Origin: Bdellovibrionota bacterium
Lineage (GTDB): Bacteria > Bdellovibrionota_C > UBA2361 > OMII01
DNA: 64,000 nucleotides
Assembly (NCBI GenBank): GCA_044345405.1
Contig: JBIJBE010000004.1
Span: forward strand, 63,007-127,006
Reading direction: 5' to 3'
Each line of letters begins with the position of its first letter. The stretch's first letter is position 1. This document shows positions 37,615-47,413 of this stretch, piece by piece. Both the position numbers and the translations under genes were made by a program. Under the pieces are notes generated by a model, which had not been told where the DNA came from, did not search any database, and saw only the letters and a list, made by a program, of their open reading frames with translations.

Positions 37615-38604
37615 ATGAAACTTACCGAATCCCAAAAACAGGTGCTGCACGCCGTCCTTCTTAGCGCGGAGAAGTCAACAACGGAGGTGGCCCGAACGCT
37701 CCACATGACGAGCCATACCGTTCGTCGAACCATCAGCATGTTTCTCGACAAGGGGATTTTTATTCGGCGCTGCGTCTTCGTGGATCCACACAGCCTGGGG
37801 ATGACTGTGTATCTAGCCCAACTGTCGCTACCATCAGCGACGTTGGCTGAGCGCGAATCATTCAGAAAGCTCCTATGCGAGAGCGAACAGTCCGGAGCCG
37901 TCGTGGAACTCGGAGGGGGTGGGGAATTTGAGGTGCGAATCTTCGCTCGTGGCCCGGTACACCTCACCCACTTTTTCGAATCGCTCGCGACTCAATCCGA
38001 CAAACCGTTCTTCATCCGATCCTGCCTGCTGATTGTTGAAAGTGAATACTTTGGTCGGGTAGAGGGACTACCGCCGAGCTCCTCGGATCGCGCGCTATCT
38101 TTCCACTCCAGAGAGCAGGCGCGAACAACGTACGATCTCGACGAAAAAGATCACGTCGTCCTTTCCGCACTCTCGAACTACCACTACTTAAACCTTCAGG
38201 AAGTATCACGCGCGCTCGGAATGCCGTATTCCTCTCTTCAATACCGAGTCGAAAAGCTTGAGGCTTCTGGTATTATTCAGGGACATTTTTATATCATGGA
38301 CCCCAAAATTTTCGGGGATCTTCCCTTCGCGCTTAAAGTGGTTTCGCGAGCGCTCACGCCCAAGGAACGAGAGAGGGTCACATCCTTCTGTAAGCGACAT
38401 CCCCTCATCTCCTGGATCACCTTTTTTGTCGGCGAACAAACAGTTGAGATATACACGCTCGTCCGATCGTTCGATGGCGCGCAGTCAGTTCTATCTGACC
38501 TCTCCGCGGCCTTCGGGGATATGTTCGACTCGGTACAGGTTCGCCCCCAATTGAGCTTTCACAAGATATCCAACTATCCTTTTAAGAAGTTTCTAAAGGC
38601 TTAG
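37615..38604 (+). CDS. tandem-duplicated Lrp/AsnC-like winged-helix regulator
   Basis: Two HTH units (LTESQKQVL...EVARTL.M..HTVRR.I..F.DKGI and LDEKDHVVL..L...EVSRALGM..SSLQYRVEKLEASGII), each followed by a RAM-like segment. Confidence 0.75.
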   Translation: MKLTESQKQVLHAVLLSAEKSTTEVARTLHMTSHTVRRTISMFLDKGIFIRRCVFVDPHSLGMTVYLAQLSLPSATLAERESFRKLLCESEQSGAVVELGGGGEFEVRIFARGPVHLTHFFESLATQSDKPFFIRSCLLIVESEYFGRVEGLPPSSSDRALSFHSREQARTTYDLDEKDHVVLSALSNYHYLNLQEVSRALGMPYSSLQYRVEKLEASGIIQGHFYIMDPKIFGDLPFALKVVSRALTPKERERVTSFCKRHPLISWITFFVGEQTVEIYTLVRSFDGAQSVLSDLSAAFGDMFDSVQVRPQLSFHKISNYPFKKFLKA

Positions 38605-38703
38605 GTCCCAAAAGTCGCTACAGCTATTGCATGCCGCGAGAGATAGAGAGGGCGGCTCTCACCGCGCCGACATGCATAAGGACCGGAGACCTTCTTTGGA
38701 GGC

Positions 38704-40998
38704 CTAACAGCTTTCAAGAAGTTCATACAGGTAATCCTTATATCGGTCGAAATAAAAATCCTGAAGTAAGGGAATCATCTCACCGTGCGTCGGCCATCTT
38801 ACCGCATGTGAGTAGAAGGCGATCGCCGCTTCCGGATAGTCACCAAGCCGACGACCACACAACCGTTCAAGCAGAAAGCCGTCACCTCGATTCAATTTTT
38901 TTCGGCTTTGCTCGGTGAGACCTACGCCCTGGGAGCCCACGAGAATAGAGCCGTCGTTGAGCATCCTTCTGAGCAAGGAGATTTGATTACGTTCTTCGTA
39001 AGACGGAGCCGCATGGCGTGCCCCTTGATACTCCGTTATCAACCACTTATCGCTATCAGGATCGTTAACCAAGGTGAGCGTGACAACGGGCACTCCTTGA
39101 TATCTGAGAGAAAGGATAGCGATATCCCCGCACATGCATCCAGCATCATACAAACCGGTCACGAGACAGTTACCCATTGCTTGACCTTCGCTCTTTAATT
39201 GGGCCGGTGTGGTGAGCGCGATGACCGAATATCCCTCTGACAACGGAGTCTCTGGAATTATCGGATGCCACTCGACCTGTTCATGGATACCAACCGGGTG
39301 TCTATCAATAACTCTATGCCATGCTCTATTGATACGGCTAATCTCAAGGAGAGACCGACCATTAAACAACACATCAAAAGAGACATCCCGTAGAGCCTCA
39401 TTAATAACGTCGAAATTTTTCGCCGATATTCGGGGCAAATTTCGAACTCCTTTGTACTCGTACGCAAGCAACGGGATTAATACCGTATGCGCAAAAGAGG
39501 TCATCATATCCCGCACGTCGAATAGCCCATCAAAGGCTTGGTTATACTCGACACAGAGATCATGAATTCGAAGTTGTCCCCCGTTGTTCGGCTCGCATCG
39601 CCGCAATCCCTCCGCAACTAACTCCCTAAGGATGATCCCTTCACTGGCTCCCGTACCCAGGACGGTGGCGGCGGCGGCACACGTCGAGAGGAACCTAAAG
39701 GATGTGGTTTTTGACACCTTATCGTGGCCTTGAAACCGCAGCGCAAAACGCTTGGGAAGAAGCTTGTTGGCGAAGAGCTCAGACCTCGGATCCATCATTT
39801 GGTCCATCAGAAAGATGTAACCACCCTGAGGATCTGTATCGTAATACAAGCCATATCGTGGGACTTTCTTTATGTGCTCGGCTAGGAGTTTGTTGATTCG
39901 GACGCCACTCCACAAAGATTCATTAAAATCCAGGGAAGCCGGATAGTAGGAGTCAAAATCATATTTTCTATTGAGGTTAAGAATTTGGGAAACCACGGGT
40001 TCTTCGTGAACCCTTCGGTACTTGAACAACAGTCGGCATGCTGAATCCTCAGACGGAGCGCCGTGCATCCTTAATAGCTCAAGAAGCTCTGCAGGGGATG
40101 CTCGTAGTGCGCCCCATAAACTACTCGGAGTAATTCCCAAGTGAGTCGCAGAGTGACTCACGAGGGGATTCATTATACTCTCATCCTTGCAGACCTTCCT
40201 CGCCTCAAGTAGGTCTACTAGAAATCCTGTATCTTTAAGAACGTTAACTCCTTCGTGGGTTAGCATTCTCACTAGCTCATGGACACCTGGTTCAGTCCGA
40301 CCGCTCTCTACAGCTAATAACAGAAGTGATTCGAAATCCGTCGCGCTCGGATCTTCCCCCCACCAAAAATGCACCGAGCCAATCCCATCACATTTGAGCC
40401 ACCTGTGGATGTCTGCTGAGAATTCGACCAGATCATAAATAACGATTCCATCCACATTCGGAAGTGTCTGCAAGATCAAGCTTACGATATCTCTAAAATT
40501 GGCCCTAAATTTTTGGAAATCAACAATAGGAACATCCCATGCCGCAAATTCCGGCTCCATCTCTAAGGCCAGTTTCTGTTTGTTCAGGGCTAGTTGAAGA
40601 GCAGGGCACTTACCCTCGCCATCGCAAAAAGAAGCCCCGGCCTGAGAAAGAGCTCGGATGGCATCGACATTTTCATCCTCGACAAGTTCGGTAAGAATGG
40701 CCTGATCTATTGTGGCGCCAGGAGATACCAGATGACCAACAAGATCATACCGTTCCTGGCGAATGGCTAGTCGGAGAGCCCCTTCGTGGTCCAAGACCGA
40801 CGCGCATTCAGCTCGGATACAAGTTTGAGGGAACTGAACGTCACTAGAAGAGATAGCGGGAAGGAGTAACTCTCGCCCCGTTATAGAAAGAGCCGGAAGG
40901 CCTCCAAACGTTTGAGATCCGTTACCAGCGGAACAGGTATCGATATCTCGTGGATGTCGTGGATCTCGTGGATCTCGTGGATGCGTTACTTCGGTCAT
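38704..40998 (-). CDS. large hypothetical protein with ankyrin-like repeats and C-terminal PcfJ-like domain
   Basis: ALRLAIRQERYDLVGHLVSPGA, ENVDAIRALSQAGA and LLLAVESG are ankyrin-like. LTTPAQLKSEGQAMGNCL...Y...C......ILSLR.....VTL......EYQG is PcfJ-like. Confidence 0.7.
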   Translation of the reverse strand: MTEVTHPRDPRDPRHPRDIDTCSAGNGSQTFGGLPALSITGRELLLPAISSSDVQFPQTCIRAECASVLDHEGALRLAIRQERYDLVGHLVSPGATIDQAILTELVEDENVDAIRALSQAGASFCDGEGKCPALQLALNKQKLALEMEPEFAAWDVPIVDFQKFRANFRDIVSLILQTLPNVDGIVIYDLVEFSADIHRWLKCDGIGSVHFWWGEDPSATDFESLLLLAVESGRTEPGVHELVRMLTHEGVNVLKDTGFLVDLLEARKVCKDESIMNPLVSHSATHLGITPSSLWGALRASPAELLELLRMHGAPSEDSACRLLFKYRRVHEEPVVSQILNLNRKYDFDSYYPASLDFNESLWSGVRINKLLAEHIKKVPRYGLYYDTDPQGGYIFLMDQMMDPRSELFANKLLPKRFALRFQGHDKVSKTTSFRFLSTCAAAATVLGTGASEGIILRELVAEGLRRCEPNNGGQLRIHDLCVEYNQAFDGLFDVRDMMTSFAHTVLIPLLAYEYKGVRNLPRISAKNFDVINEALRDVSFDVLFNGRSLLEISRINRAWHRVIDRHPVGIHEQVEWHPIIPETPLSEGYSVIALTTPAQLKSEGQAMGNCLVTGLYDAGCMCGDIAILSLRYQGVPVVTLTLVNDPDSDKWLITEYQGARHAAPSYEERNQISLLRRMLNDGSILVGSQGVGLTEQSRKKLNRGDGFLLERLCGRRLGDYPEAAIAFYSHAVRWPTHGEMIPLLQDFYFDRYKDYLYELLESC
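40945..40983. repeat. in-frame 9-bp tandem repeat (about 4.3 copies)
   Basis: ATCTCGTGG ATGTCGTGG ATCTCGTGG ATCTCGTGG ATG, encoding HPRDPRDPRHPRD on the minus strand. Confidence 0.85.
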
Positions 40999-41305
40999 TG
41001 AGCACTCTATGAGCAGCCGGACCTATCATGCATGGATTCAGAAATTATTACCTTTCATGAAAAAGGCAAGGAAAACTTCATCGGAGGGAGCGAATTGCCA
41101 CGAGGGAGCAGCAGGCCTTGCGCGATTAGGCGGATCGCCGCGCTTCACGCGGTACGGGCTACGCCATACGACGAGACATCCGCGCCCCTCTACTCGAAGA
41201 CCCCTATCAGGCTTCCCTTTCACATAAAAATCTCATCGACCACAAGCAACATCTCCGAACCAACTCCGATATAGGGAATACTGTTCAACTTCCCTTTACG
41301 GAGAT

Positions 41306-41680
41306 ATGGATATGCGTCACCCCTATGTTCCCGGCACCATATGGATACTCTCGGAAAACGCCAGCTGCATTCCCGCTGGTTGTTACCAGCTGCAAGAGGT
41401 TCAAGACGAATTCCTAATCTTCTCTGTGGGAAAAGATATCTCCTTCGGTCTTCCAAAGGATTACTACGGGGCGTTGCTGAAAAAATCACACCTCGCCCGT
41501 CCGATAAGAACTACGCCCCGCGCCTTCCTTCGACGATACGCGAAACTCATTCAAGCCCCGCCCCGTAAACCGATTCCTCCATCAGGCATGACCTTCTGTG
41601 CCATGGCTCCCCACCTTCAGCGGAAGGTGCTGGCGCTCTGCCCTCAAAGGATGTTTTCCTTCGAAGTTCCCGTCCACTAA
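41306..41680 (+). CDS. hypothetical protein
   Basis: 124-aa ORF with GGAG RBS. No family recognised. Confidence 0.55.
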   Translation: MDMRHPYVPGTIWILSENASCIPAGCYQLQEVQDEFLIFSVGKDISFGLPKDYYGALLKKSHLARPIRTTPRAFLRRYAKLIQAPPRKPIPPSGMTFCAMAPHLQRKVLALCPQRMFSFEVPVH

Positions 41681-41946
41681 CAGTTGAAAGGAAAGACCCC
41701 TCACTCGCTTTGCCGAGGAGCGGCTTCAGGGGATATCCAAGAGAGCTTTCAGCGTAGGAGTTAACAGTCTGAATTTGATGAGAAAATACCACCCCACGAA
41801 ACCATAACACCGTCTCCAAAAGTAGCGCTAAAAACCTGCGAAGACCGACCTCTGTTCTACATCTTAGAGGTACGAGAAGCTTTCTCTTAATGTCGTATAA
41901 GTCTATAAAGACAATCGTTTTTCGAGTTTTCAAGGAGCCCGTACCG

Positions 41947-43251
41947 ATGAAAGTTGAGATGTTGATGCCGCAGATGGGAGAGTCTATCGCTGAAGCGACT
42001 ATTTCCAAGTGGCGCAAGAAAGTGGGAGATACCGTCGCGAAGGACGAAGTGATCCTCGAGATCTCAACCGATAAGGTGGACTCCGAGATTCCAGCTCCCG
42101 CCGCCGGCGTTATCACCGAGCTCCTCTTCAACGAGGGAGATGTAGTTCCCGTGAAAACAAAGATCGCGATGATCGACACCGCAGCTGGTGCGGCAGCTTC
42201 AACTCCGGCAACAAGCGGAAACGCCGCGGTTAAGGAGGCTCCAGCTCCGAAGGCCGCTCCGGTGTTGGAAGCCGCTCCGCAACGAGTGGAGCCCGTCGTC
42301 GCTCACGCGGAGAGCGCGAAATTCTATTCCCCACTTGTGAAGAGCCTGGCCGAGAAGCACGGCGTTCCTCTCGCGGAGCTTGATGCTCTCACTGGCTCAG
42401 GACAAGGGGGTCGTCTCACAAAAGAAGATCTTCTGAAGTACGTTGATTCTCGTTCGGCTCAACCAGCGGCTGCGCCCGTAGCGGCGGTGCCTCAAGCTCC
42501 GGCTGCTAAAGCGCCACCAACCCCAGCGACCGCTCCAGGAGAGTGGGCCGCTGATGGTACCCGAGTGGTGATGATGGACACGATGCGTCAAGCGATCGCT
42601 GACCACATGGTGAAGTCGAAGCAAACCAGCCCTCACGTGTACTCAATCCAAGAGATCGATGTCACCAACATCGCCAACTGGAGAGCGAAACACAAAGCCG
42701 CTTTCGAGAAGGCTGAGGGTTTTAGCTTGAGCTTCACGCCGTTTTTCCTTGAGGCGACGGTGAAAGCGCTTGAGGCGTTCCCGTATGTAAACTGCTCCCT
42801 CGATGGAAAGAAGATCGTGCTCAAGAAGCACGTGAACCTTGGATGCGCGGTCGCGCTTGGCAACACGGGACTTATCGTTCCAGTGATCAAGAAGGCCGAG
42901 GAGAAGAACTTTGTTGGCATCGCTCGCTCCTTGAACGATCTCGCGAATCGAGCTCGCAACAAGAAGCTCGTTCCGGACGATGTGGCTGGCGGAACCTTCA
43001 CGGTTACGAACCCAGGTGTCTTCGGTACGATCATCGGAACACCGATCATCAATCAACCTCAGGTAGCGATCCTCTGCCTCGGCGCGATTAAGAAGCGTCC
43101 CGTTGTTATCGATGACATGATCGCGATCCGACAGATGTGCTACCTCACCCTTTCCTACGATCACCGTATCGTGGACGGGTCGCTCGGTGGCCAGTTCCTC
43201 GCGTTCATCAGAGATTACCTCGAGAACTGGGACCCTAACCGAACGCTGTAA
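41947..43251 (+). CDS. 2-oxoacid dehydrogenase E2 (dihydrolipoamide acyltransferase)
   Basis: Lipoyl domain MPQMGESI.E...EISTDKVDSEIP, E3-binding SPLV...G.G.GGR.TKED, catalytic TFTVTN.G and DHRIVDG. AGGAG RBS. Confidence 0.95.
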   Translation: MKVEMLMPQMGESIAEATISKWRKKVGDTVAKDEVILEISTDKVDSEIPAPAAGVITELLFNEGDVVPVKTKIAMIDTAAGAAASTPATSGNAAVKEAPAPKAAPVLEAAPQRVEPVVAHAESAKFYSPLVKSLAEKHGVPLAELDALTGSGQGGRLTKEDLLKYVDSRSAQPAAAPVAAVPQAPAAKAPPTPATAPGEWAADGTRVVMMDTMRQAIADHMVKSKQTSPHVYSIQEIDVTNIANWRAKHKAAFEKAEGFSLSFTPFFLEATVKALEAFPYVNCSLDGKKIVLKKHVNLGCAVALGNTGLIVPVIKKAEEKNFVGIARSLNDLANRARNKKLVPDDVAGGTFTVTNPGVFGTIIGTPIINQPQVAILCLGAIKKRPVVIDDMIAIRQMCYLTLSYDHRIVDGSLGGQFLAFIRDYLENWDPNRTL

Positions 43252-43255
43252 TCCC

Positions 43256-43822
43256 ATGCGAGTTATTAGCGGCTCCGCCAAGGGTCGTGCCCTCAAAGCT
43301 GTTCCGGGAGACTCGACTCGTCCGATCCTGGATCGGGCGAAAGTTCCCCTGTTCGATATCCTGAGGTCGTTTGTCCCGAATAAGCAGATCCTCGATCTCT
43401 TTGGAGGCACCGGTCAGATCGGTATCGAGGCGCTGAGCCAAGGAGCGACACACTGCGTATTCTGTGATACGAACGCGCGGGCGATCGCCACGATGAAGGA
43501 CAACCTCGTGACGACGCAACTCTCAGAACGAGCGGAGGTGCGACATACCGACGCGTTCGTGTACCTCAAGAACGCGGCCAAGGTCTTCGATCTGATCTTC
43601 GTCGCCCCCCCGCAATACAAAGGGATCTGGATTGACGCCATGCGAATCATCGCGGAGCGTCCTCACCTTCTCGCTGACGATGGAAAGATAGTAGTCCAGA
43701 TAGATCCCAAGGAATACGAGCCCCTCGACCTCACCGCGCTTCGTGAGGACTCACAACGAAAGTACGGAAATACCCTCTTCGTTTTTTATTCCAAACAGCT
43801 CGAACCATCAGACCCGAAATAG
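43256..43822 (+). CDS. rsmD: 16S rRNA (guanine966-N2) methyltransferase RsmD
   Basis: MRVISGSAKGR.L, TRP, LDLFGGTG..GIEALS.GA, FDLIFVAPPQY, RKYG.T. Confidence 0.88.
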   Translation: MRVISGSAKGRALKAVPGDSTRPILDRAKVPLFDILRSFVPNKQILDLFGGTGQIGIEALSQGATHCVFCDTNARAIATMKDNLVTTQLSERAEVRHTDAFVYLKNAAKVFDLIFVAPPQYKGIWIDAMRIIAERPHLLADDGKIVVQIDPKEYEPLDLTALREDSQRKYGNTLFVFYSKQLEPSDPK

Positions 43823-44003
43823 ACAGATTCTGACACCAAACGAAGCAGACATCTGGCCGATTCAACATGTTAGAGGTCTATACGGCCCTGTCATCGCTCG
43901 CGCCCCTTCACGTTGCGTACCCTTGGAACGGGCGTATACTTTCTTCACGTGATATTGCTCCGCCACGGAACCGGACCTGGGCGGACGTACGGGAAAGAAC
44001 CTC

Positions 44004-44426
44004 ATGGAACAGAGTAGAAACAATCCTTTTCACGGTGGCTCCACCTCGCGGCCCCCAAGTCCCTTTGAGGCGCTACGCCAACCAACGACCGTGCCCGCCC
44101 TACCCTCAACGCTACTCGCATCCTCAACACGTCCAGACGGCACTCGTGACGAGTTGTACTACGAGCGTCCAAGCCGCGGCGGGCATTCAGGAGCGCTTTT
44201 TCTTATCTCATCAGACGCGCCTCACTCTGATAGGTCGAATCCCTCACGACAAATACTCTACGCTATTGCCCCACACTCCCACACGACGGAGTGGTTGACA
44301 GCTCTTACGGAGCGCTTCACAAAATCCTCATACGAGGAATTCTCTGAGCACCTTACCACAACATGCCAAGCTCAAGTTTTTCTAAACGGACGAAACGTCC
44401 CAGGCAACCCACTTCCCCGTCGGTAA
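44004..44426 (+). CDS. hypothetical protein with P/S-rich N-terminus
   Basis: 140-aa ORF between rsmD and the PfkB-like gene. A similar-length ORF competes in another frame. Confidence 0.45.
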   Translation: MEQSRNNPFHGGSTSRPPSPFEALRQPTTVPALPSTLLASSTRPDGTRDELYYERPSRGGHSGALFLISSDAPHSDRSNPSRQILYAIAPHSHTTEWLTALTERFTKSSYEEFSEHLTTTCQAQVFLNGRNVPGNPLPRR

Positions 44427-44438
44427 GCACGGAGGGTC

Positions 44439-45344
44439 TCAGGCATCACCGGCCTTAACGGCATCGACGTCCTCCGCAAGAGCCGCGCCTACCGCGCCCG
44501 AGCTCACGGCGACGGTGTCTCCGTACCGCATGCCAGCCTCACAACATCGCACTAGAGAGGAACCTTGAAAAACGTGATGGGCGAGCGCGGCAAGAAACGC
44601 CTCATGCCATCCCCTACTATCAACGGTGCTCTCTCGAACACGATCGAGCCCCACGAGCTCTCCAGCGACAGAGGAGATCAGCGCTCCGGCAAAGGGATCC
44701 GCGACGACACAATAGGATGCACCGAATCGTTCGGTGATAGCGGGAGCGAACAAGCCAGGCTCGAGGTTAGGCAACCCTAACAGATCGCACAGCATAGGAA
44801 GCTCATCACCGCGGGTGTGAACGACAGAGGCTATCGAGAGCCCCTCCTCAAGCTGCTCTCTGTTTGGAGCGCGCTGACTGCAATCGATGTCGTAGATCTT
44901 GAACGAAGGCCCTGTTCGCTCGACGACGGCGCGAAGGGTTGCGCCGGAGACCAATCCGCCCTGAGCGGTGGAGTTCATGTAGAGAATATCCGCAATCTCA
45001 GAATTACCTAACAGATCGGGTGTTACCTCAACCTCCAGAGGCTTCTCCGAAAAGGTATCCAAATATGAGAAAGCGCCATCAGCCGACAAGAAGCCCTCCA
45101 CTCGGGAGGTCATACCTACCGCGTCTCGTTGTATGAGCGAAACATCGACGCCGAGCGATTGAAAGAGTTCGGTGGCGCGTTCTCCGAGTTGGTCGCCGCC
45201 AATCCGGGTGGCGATTTGTGTCGCGTGACCGAGGGCGGCGAAGCGACACGCGAAGGCCGCGGCGCCCCCACCAAGGGATGGAACGCCTTGAACGTATTCC
45301 CACCGAAGTTCACCTAAGGCTAAGGCTGTCGGAATCTTCCTCAT
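44439..45344 (-). CDS. PfkB/ribokinase-family protein with degenerate catalytic motif
   Basis: ALGELRWE, LGGGAAAFA, TRIGGDQLG, GVDVSLIQ. C-terminal VDSRGWHEAF replaces DTxGAGDxF. Alternative GTG start at 45380. Confidence 0.8.
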   Translation of the reverse strand: MRKIPTALALGELRWEYVQGVPSLGGGAAAFACRFAALGHATQIATRIGGDQLGERATELFQSLGVDVSLIQRDAVGMTSRVEGFLSADGAFSYLDTFSEKPLEVEVTPDLLGNSEIADILYMNSTAQGGLVSGATLRAVVERTGPSFKIYDIDCSQRAPNREQLEEGLSIASVVHTRGDELPMLCDLLGLPNLEPGLFAPAITERFGASYCVVADPFAGALISSVAGELVGLDRVRESTVDSRGWHEAFLAALAHHVFQGSSLVRCCEAGMRYGDTVAVSSGAVGAALAEDVDAVKAGDA

Positions 45345-45568
45345 ACGCACCCCATGGTGCTTGGAAAGCGAGTCGGGCACAAGGCATGCCTCGTCGATTC
45401 AGGGCGTATGACGGGAAATACCAGGAGAGCGCAGACACTCCGCGCAATCCCTTGAAGCCCCCCTGAATGACTGGCATAACGAAGAAAATGGGGTTGTCCG
45501 CTCAGGGTTTCACACCGAAAAATTGCGTGCGCGAGCGATCCCAAGACATGTTCGGAGAGGAGATACTC

Positions 45569-46480
45569 ATGGCATCCACAACCAAAACTGTGCTCGCTCT
45601 TGGGGAGATCCTATGGGATGTCCTCCCAACAGAGAAACTTCTTGGTGGGGCGCCCGCGAATTTCTGCCATCGACTCCGACAGCTCGGCGTAAACGCGCGT
45701 ATGGTGAGTCGCGTCGGTGTTGACCAGCTCGGCGATGACCTCCTTGCGGGACTTGAGGCGCTTCACTTTGATCTCTCCCTCGTTCAACGGGATCCTCGTC
45801 ATCCCACCGGTACAGTTGATGTCACGTTATCGAGCGATGGAGAGCCTACCTTCGTGATTAACGCCGGGGTGGCGTACGACCACCTCGAACCAACACCTCA
45901 GCTCCTCACCGCGGCAGCATCAGCGGACCTCATCTGTTATGGCACCCTCGTGCAACGATCTGAGAGAACGCGATCTACCCTCTATAAGGTACTCGACGCG
46001 GCGAACCACGCTATTAGGTTTCTGGATATCAACCTCCGCAAAAATTGTTACTCACTCGAAACGGTTCAAGAGTCCTTACGGCGAGCGGACATACTCAAAC
46101 TGAACACCTCCGAAGTCGGAATCCTCAACGAACTCCTCGGTCTCAACACCCGAACGCCGCAAGAGTTCGCCGATCAGGCGATTGAGCGGTTTAAACTCGA
46201 AACGGTTCTGGTAACGCTCGGTTCCAAAGGGGTGTATGCGCGTGGGCGAGATGGAGGGAGTTGCGCTGTGCCGGGTGTTTCAATATCTGTAGTAGATACC
46301 ATCGGTTCGGGAGACTCATTCGCGGCAGGATTTGTCTACAAACGACTTCTCTCCGCTCCCCTTGAAGAGTGTTGCCACTTTGGTAATCTCATAGGAGCTT
46401 TAAACGCGACCAAAAAGGGAGGGATGCCGAACGTCTCTCCAGCTGAGGTCAGCGAGTTTGTAGCTCAACATTCCGTGTAG
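45569..46480 (+). CDS. PfkB-family carbohydrate kinase (fructokinase-like)
   Basis: GEILWD, LGGAPANF, SRVG.D.LG, DINLR, LKLN..E, VTLG..G, VDTIGSGDSF. GAGGAG RBS. Confidence 0.92.
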   Translation: MASTTKTVLALGEILWDVLPTEKLLGGAPANFCHRLRQLGVNARMVSRVGVDQLGDDLLAGLEALHFDLSLVQRDPRHPTGTVDVTLSSDGEPTFVINAGVAYDHLEPTPQLLTAAASADLICYGTLVQRSERTRSTLYKVLDAANHAIRFLDINLRKNCYSLETVQESLRRADILKLNTSEVGILNELLGLNTRTPQEFADQAIERFKLETVLVTLGSKGVYARGRDGGSCAVPGVSISVVDTIGSGDSFAAGFVYKRLLSAPLEECCHFGNLIGALNATKKGGMPNVSPAEVSEFVAQHSV

Positions 46481-46533
46481 CGACACCACGTCACTCGATG
46501 GTGTCACTCAGCGATTCTTTGTATGGATTCTCT

Positions 46534-47412
46534 ATGCGCGTAACCGTTCCCGTTGTTCGTCAGTGGAAGGTAGTAGACGGTACTCACAAACCTCTCGTCA
46601 TGGTAACGGCCTATGACTACACCTTCGCCAAACTCGCCGAAGCAGCGGGGATCGAGATACTGCTCGTGGGAGACTCCCTTGGTATGGTCATTCAGGGACA
46701 ATCATCTACTCTTCCGGTGACGCTGGATGAGGTGATCTATCATACGAAGTGTGTGAGCCGTGGAGCCTCTAAAGCTCTCGTTGTCGCGGATATGCCGTTC
46801 CTCTCCTATCAGATCTCCGAGACGCACGCGATTGAGGCTGCGGGAAGACTTATCAAAGAAGGGGGAGCCGCGGCGGTTAAGCTTGAGGGTGGCGAGGTAA
46901 TCGCTCCAACTGTTCGCCGGTTGGTGGACCTCGACATCCCTGTCATGGGGCATATCGGCATGACACCTCAGTCTATCCACCGCATGGGTGGGTACAAGGT
47001 GCAGGGACGAAACTCATCGCGTGGAGCTGGCTCACCCGAGCAGATTATTCGAGACGCTCAAGCGCTCGAGGAGGCGGGCGCTTTCTGCGTCGTTATAGAG
47101 TGTGTTCCACAGGATCTAGCGACGACGATAACCAAAGAGCTCTCGATTCCCACGATCGGTATCGGCGCGAGCGCCGAGTGCGATGGTCAGGTACTCGTCA
47201 GCTACGATCTGCTGGGTTTCCAAACGAGCGAGCATCGCCCGAAGTTTCTCAAGCAGTTCGCGCAACTTGGTCAAGCGGCGGTTGAGGCGTTCGCTACCTA
47301 TGCCGATGAGGTCCGAACCAAGACATTCCCTTCGCCAGCTGAGTGCTATGGAAGCGAGGGGCCTCCCCCCGTCTTGACGGCGGTACAAAAAAAATCGGCT
47401 CACAACAGTTAG
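46534..47412 (+). CDS. panB: 3-methyl-2-oxobutanoate hydroxymethyltransferase
   Basis: MVTAYDY, LLVGDSLGMV, VADMPFLSY, AVKLEGG, MGHIGMTPQS, PTIGIGA, DGQVLV..DLLG. Confidence 0.96.
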   Translation: MRVTVPVVRQWKVVDGTHKPLVMVTAYDYTFAKLAEAAGIEILLVGDSLGMVIQGQSSTLPVTLDEVIYHTKCVSRGASKALVVADMPFLSYQISETHAIEAAGRLIKEGGAAAVKLEGGEVIAPTVRRLVDLDIPVMGHIGMTPQSIHRMGGYKVQGRNSSRGAGSPEQIIRDAQALEEAGAFCVVIECVPQDLATTITKELSIPTIGIGASAECDGQVLVSYDLLGFQTSEHRPKFLKQFAQLGQAAVEAFATYADEVRTKTFPSPAECYGSEGPPPVLTAVQKKSAHNS

Positions 47413-47413
47413 A

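Noticed and set aside
41547-43410. Minus-strand ORFs of 210 and 255 aa
   Set aside because: Antisense shadows of the E2 and rsmD genes.
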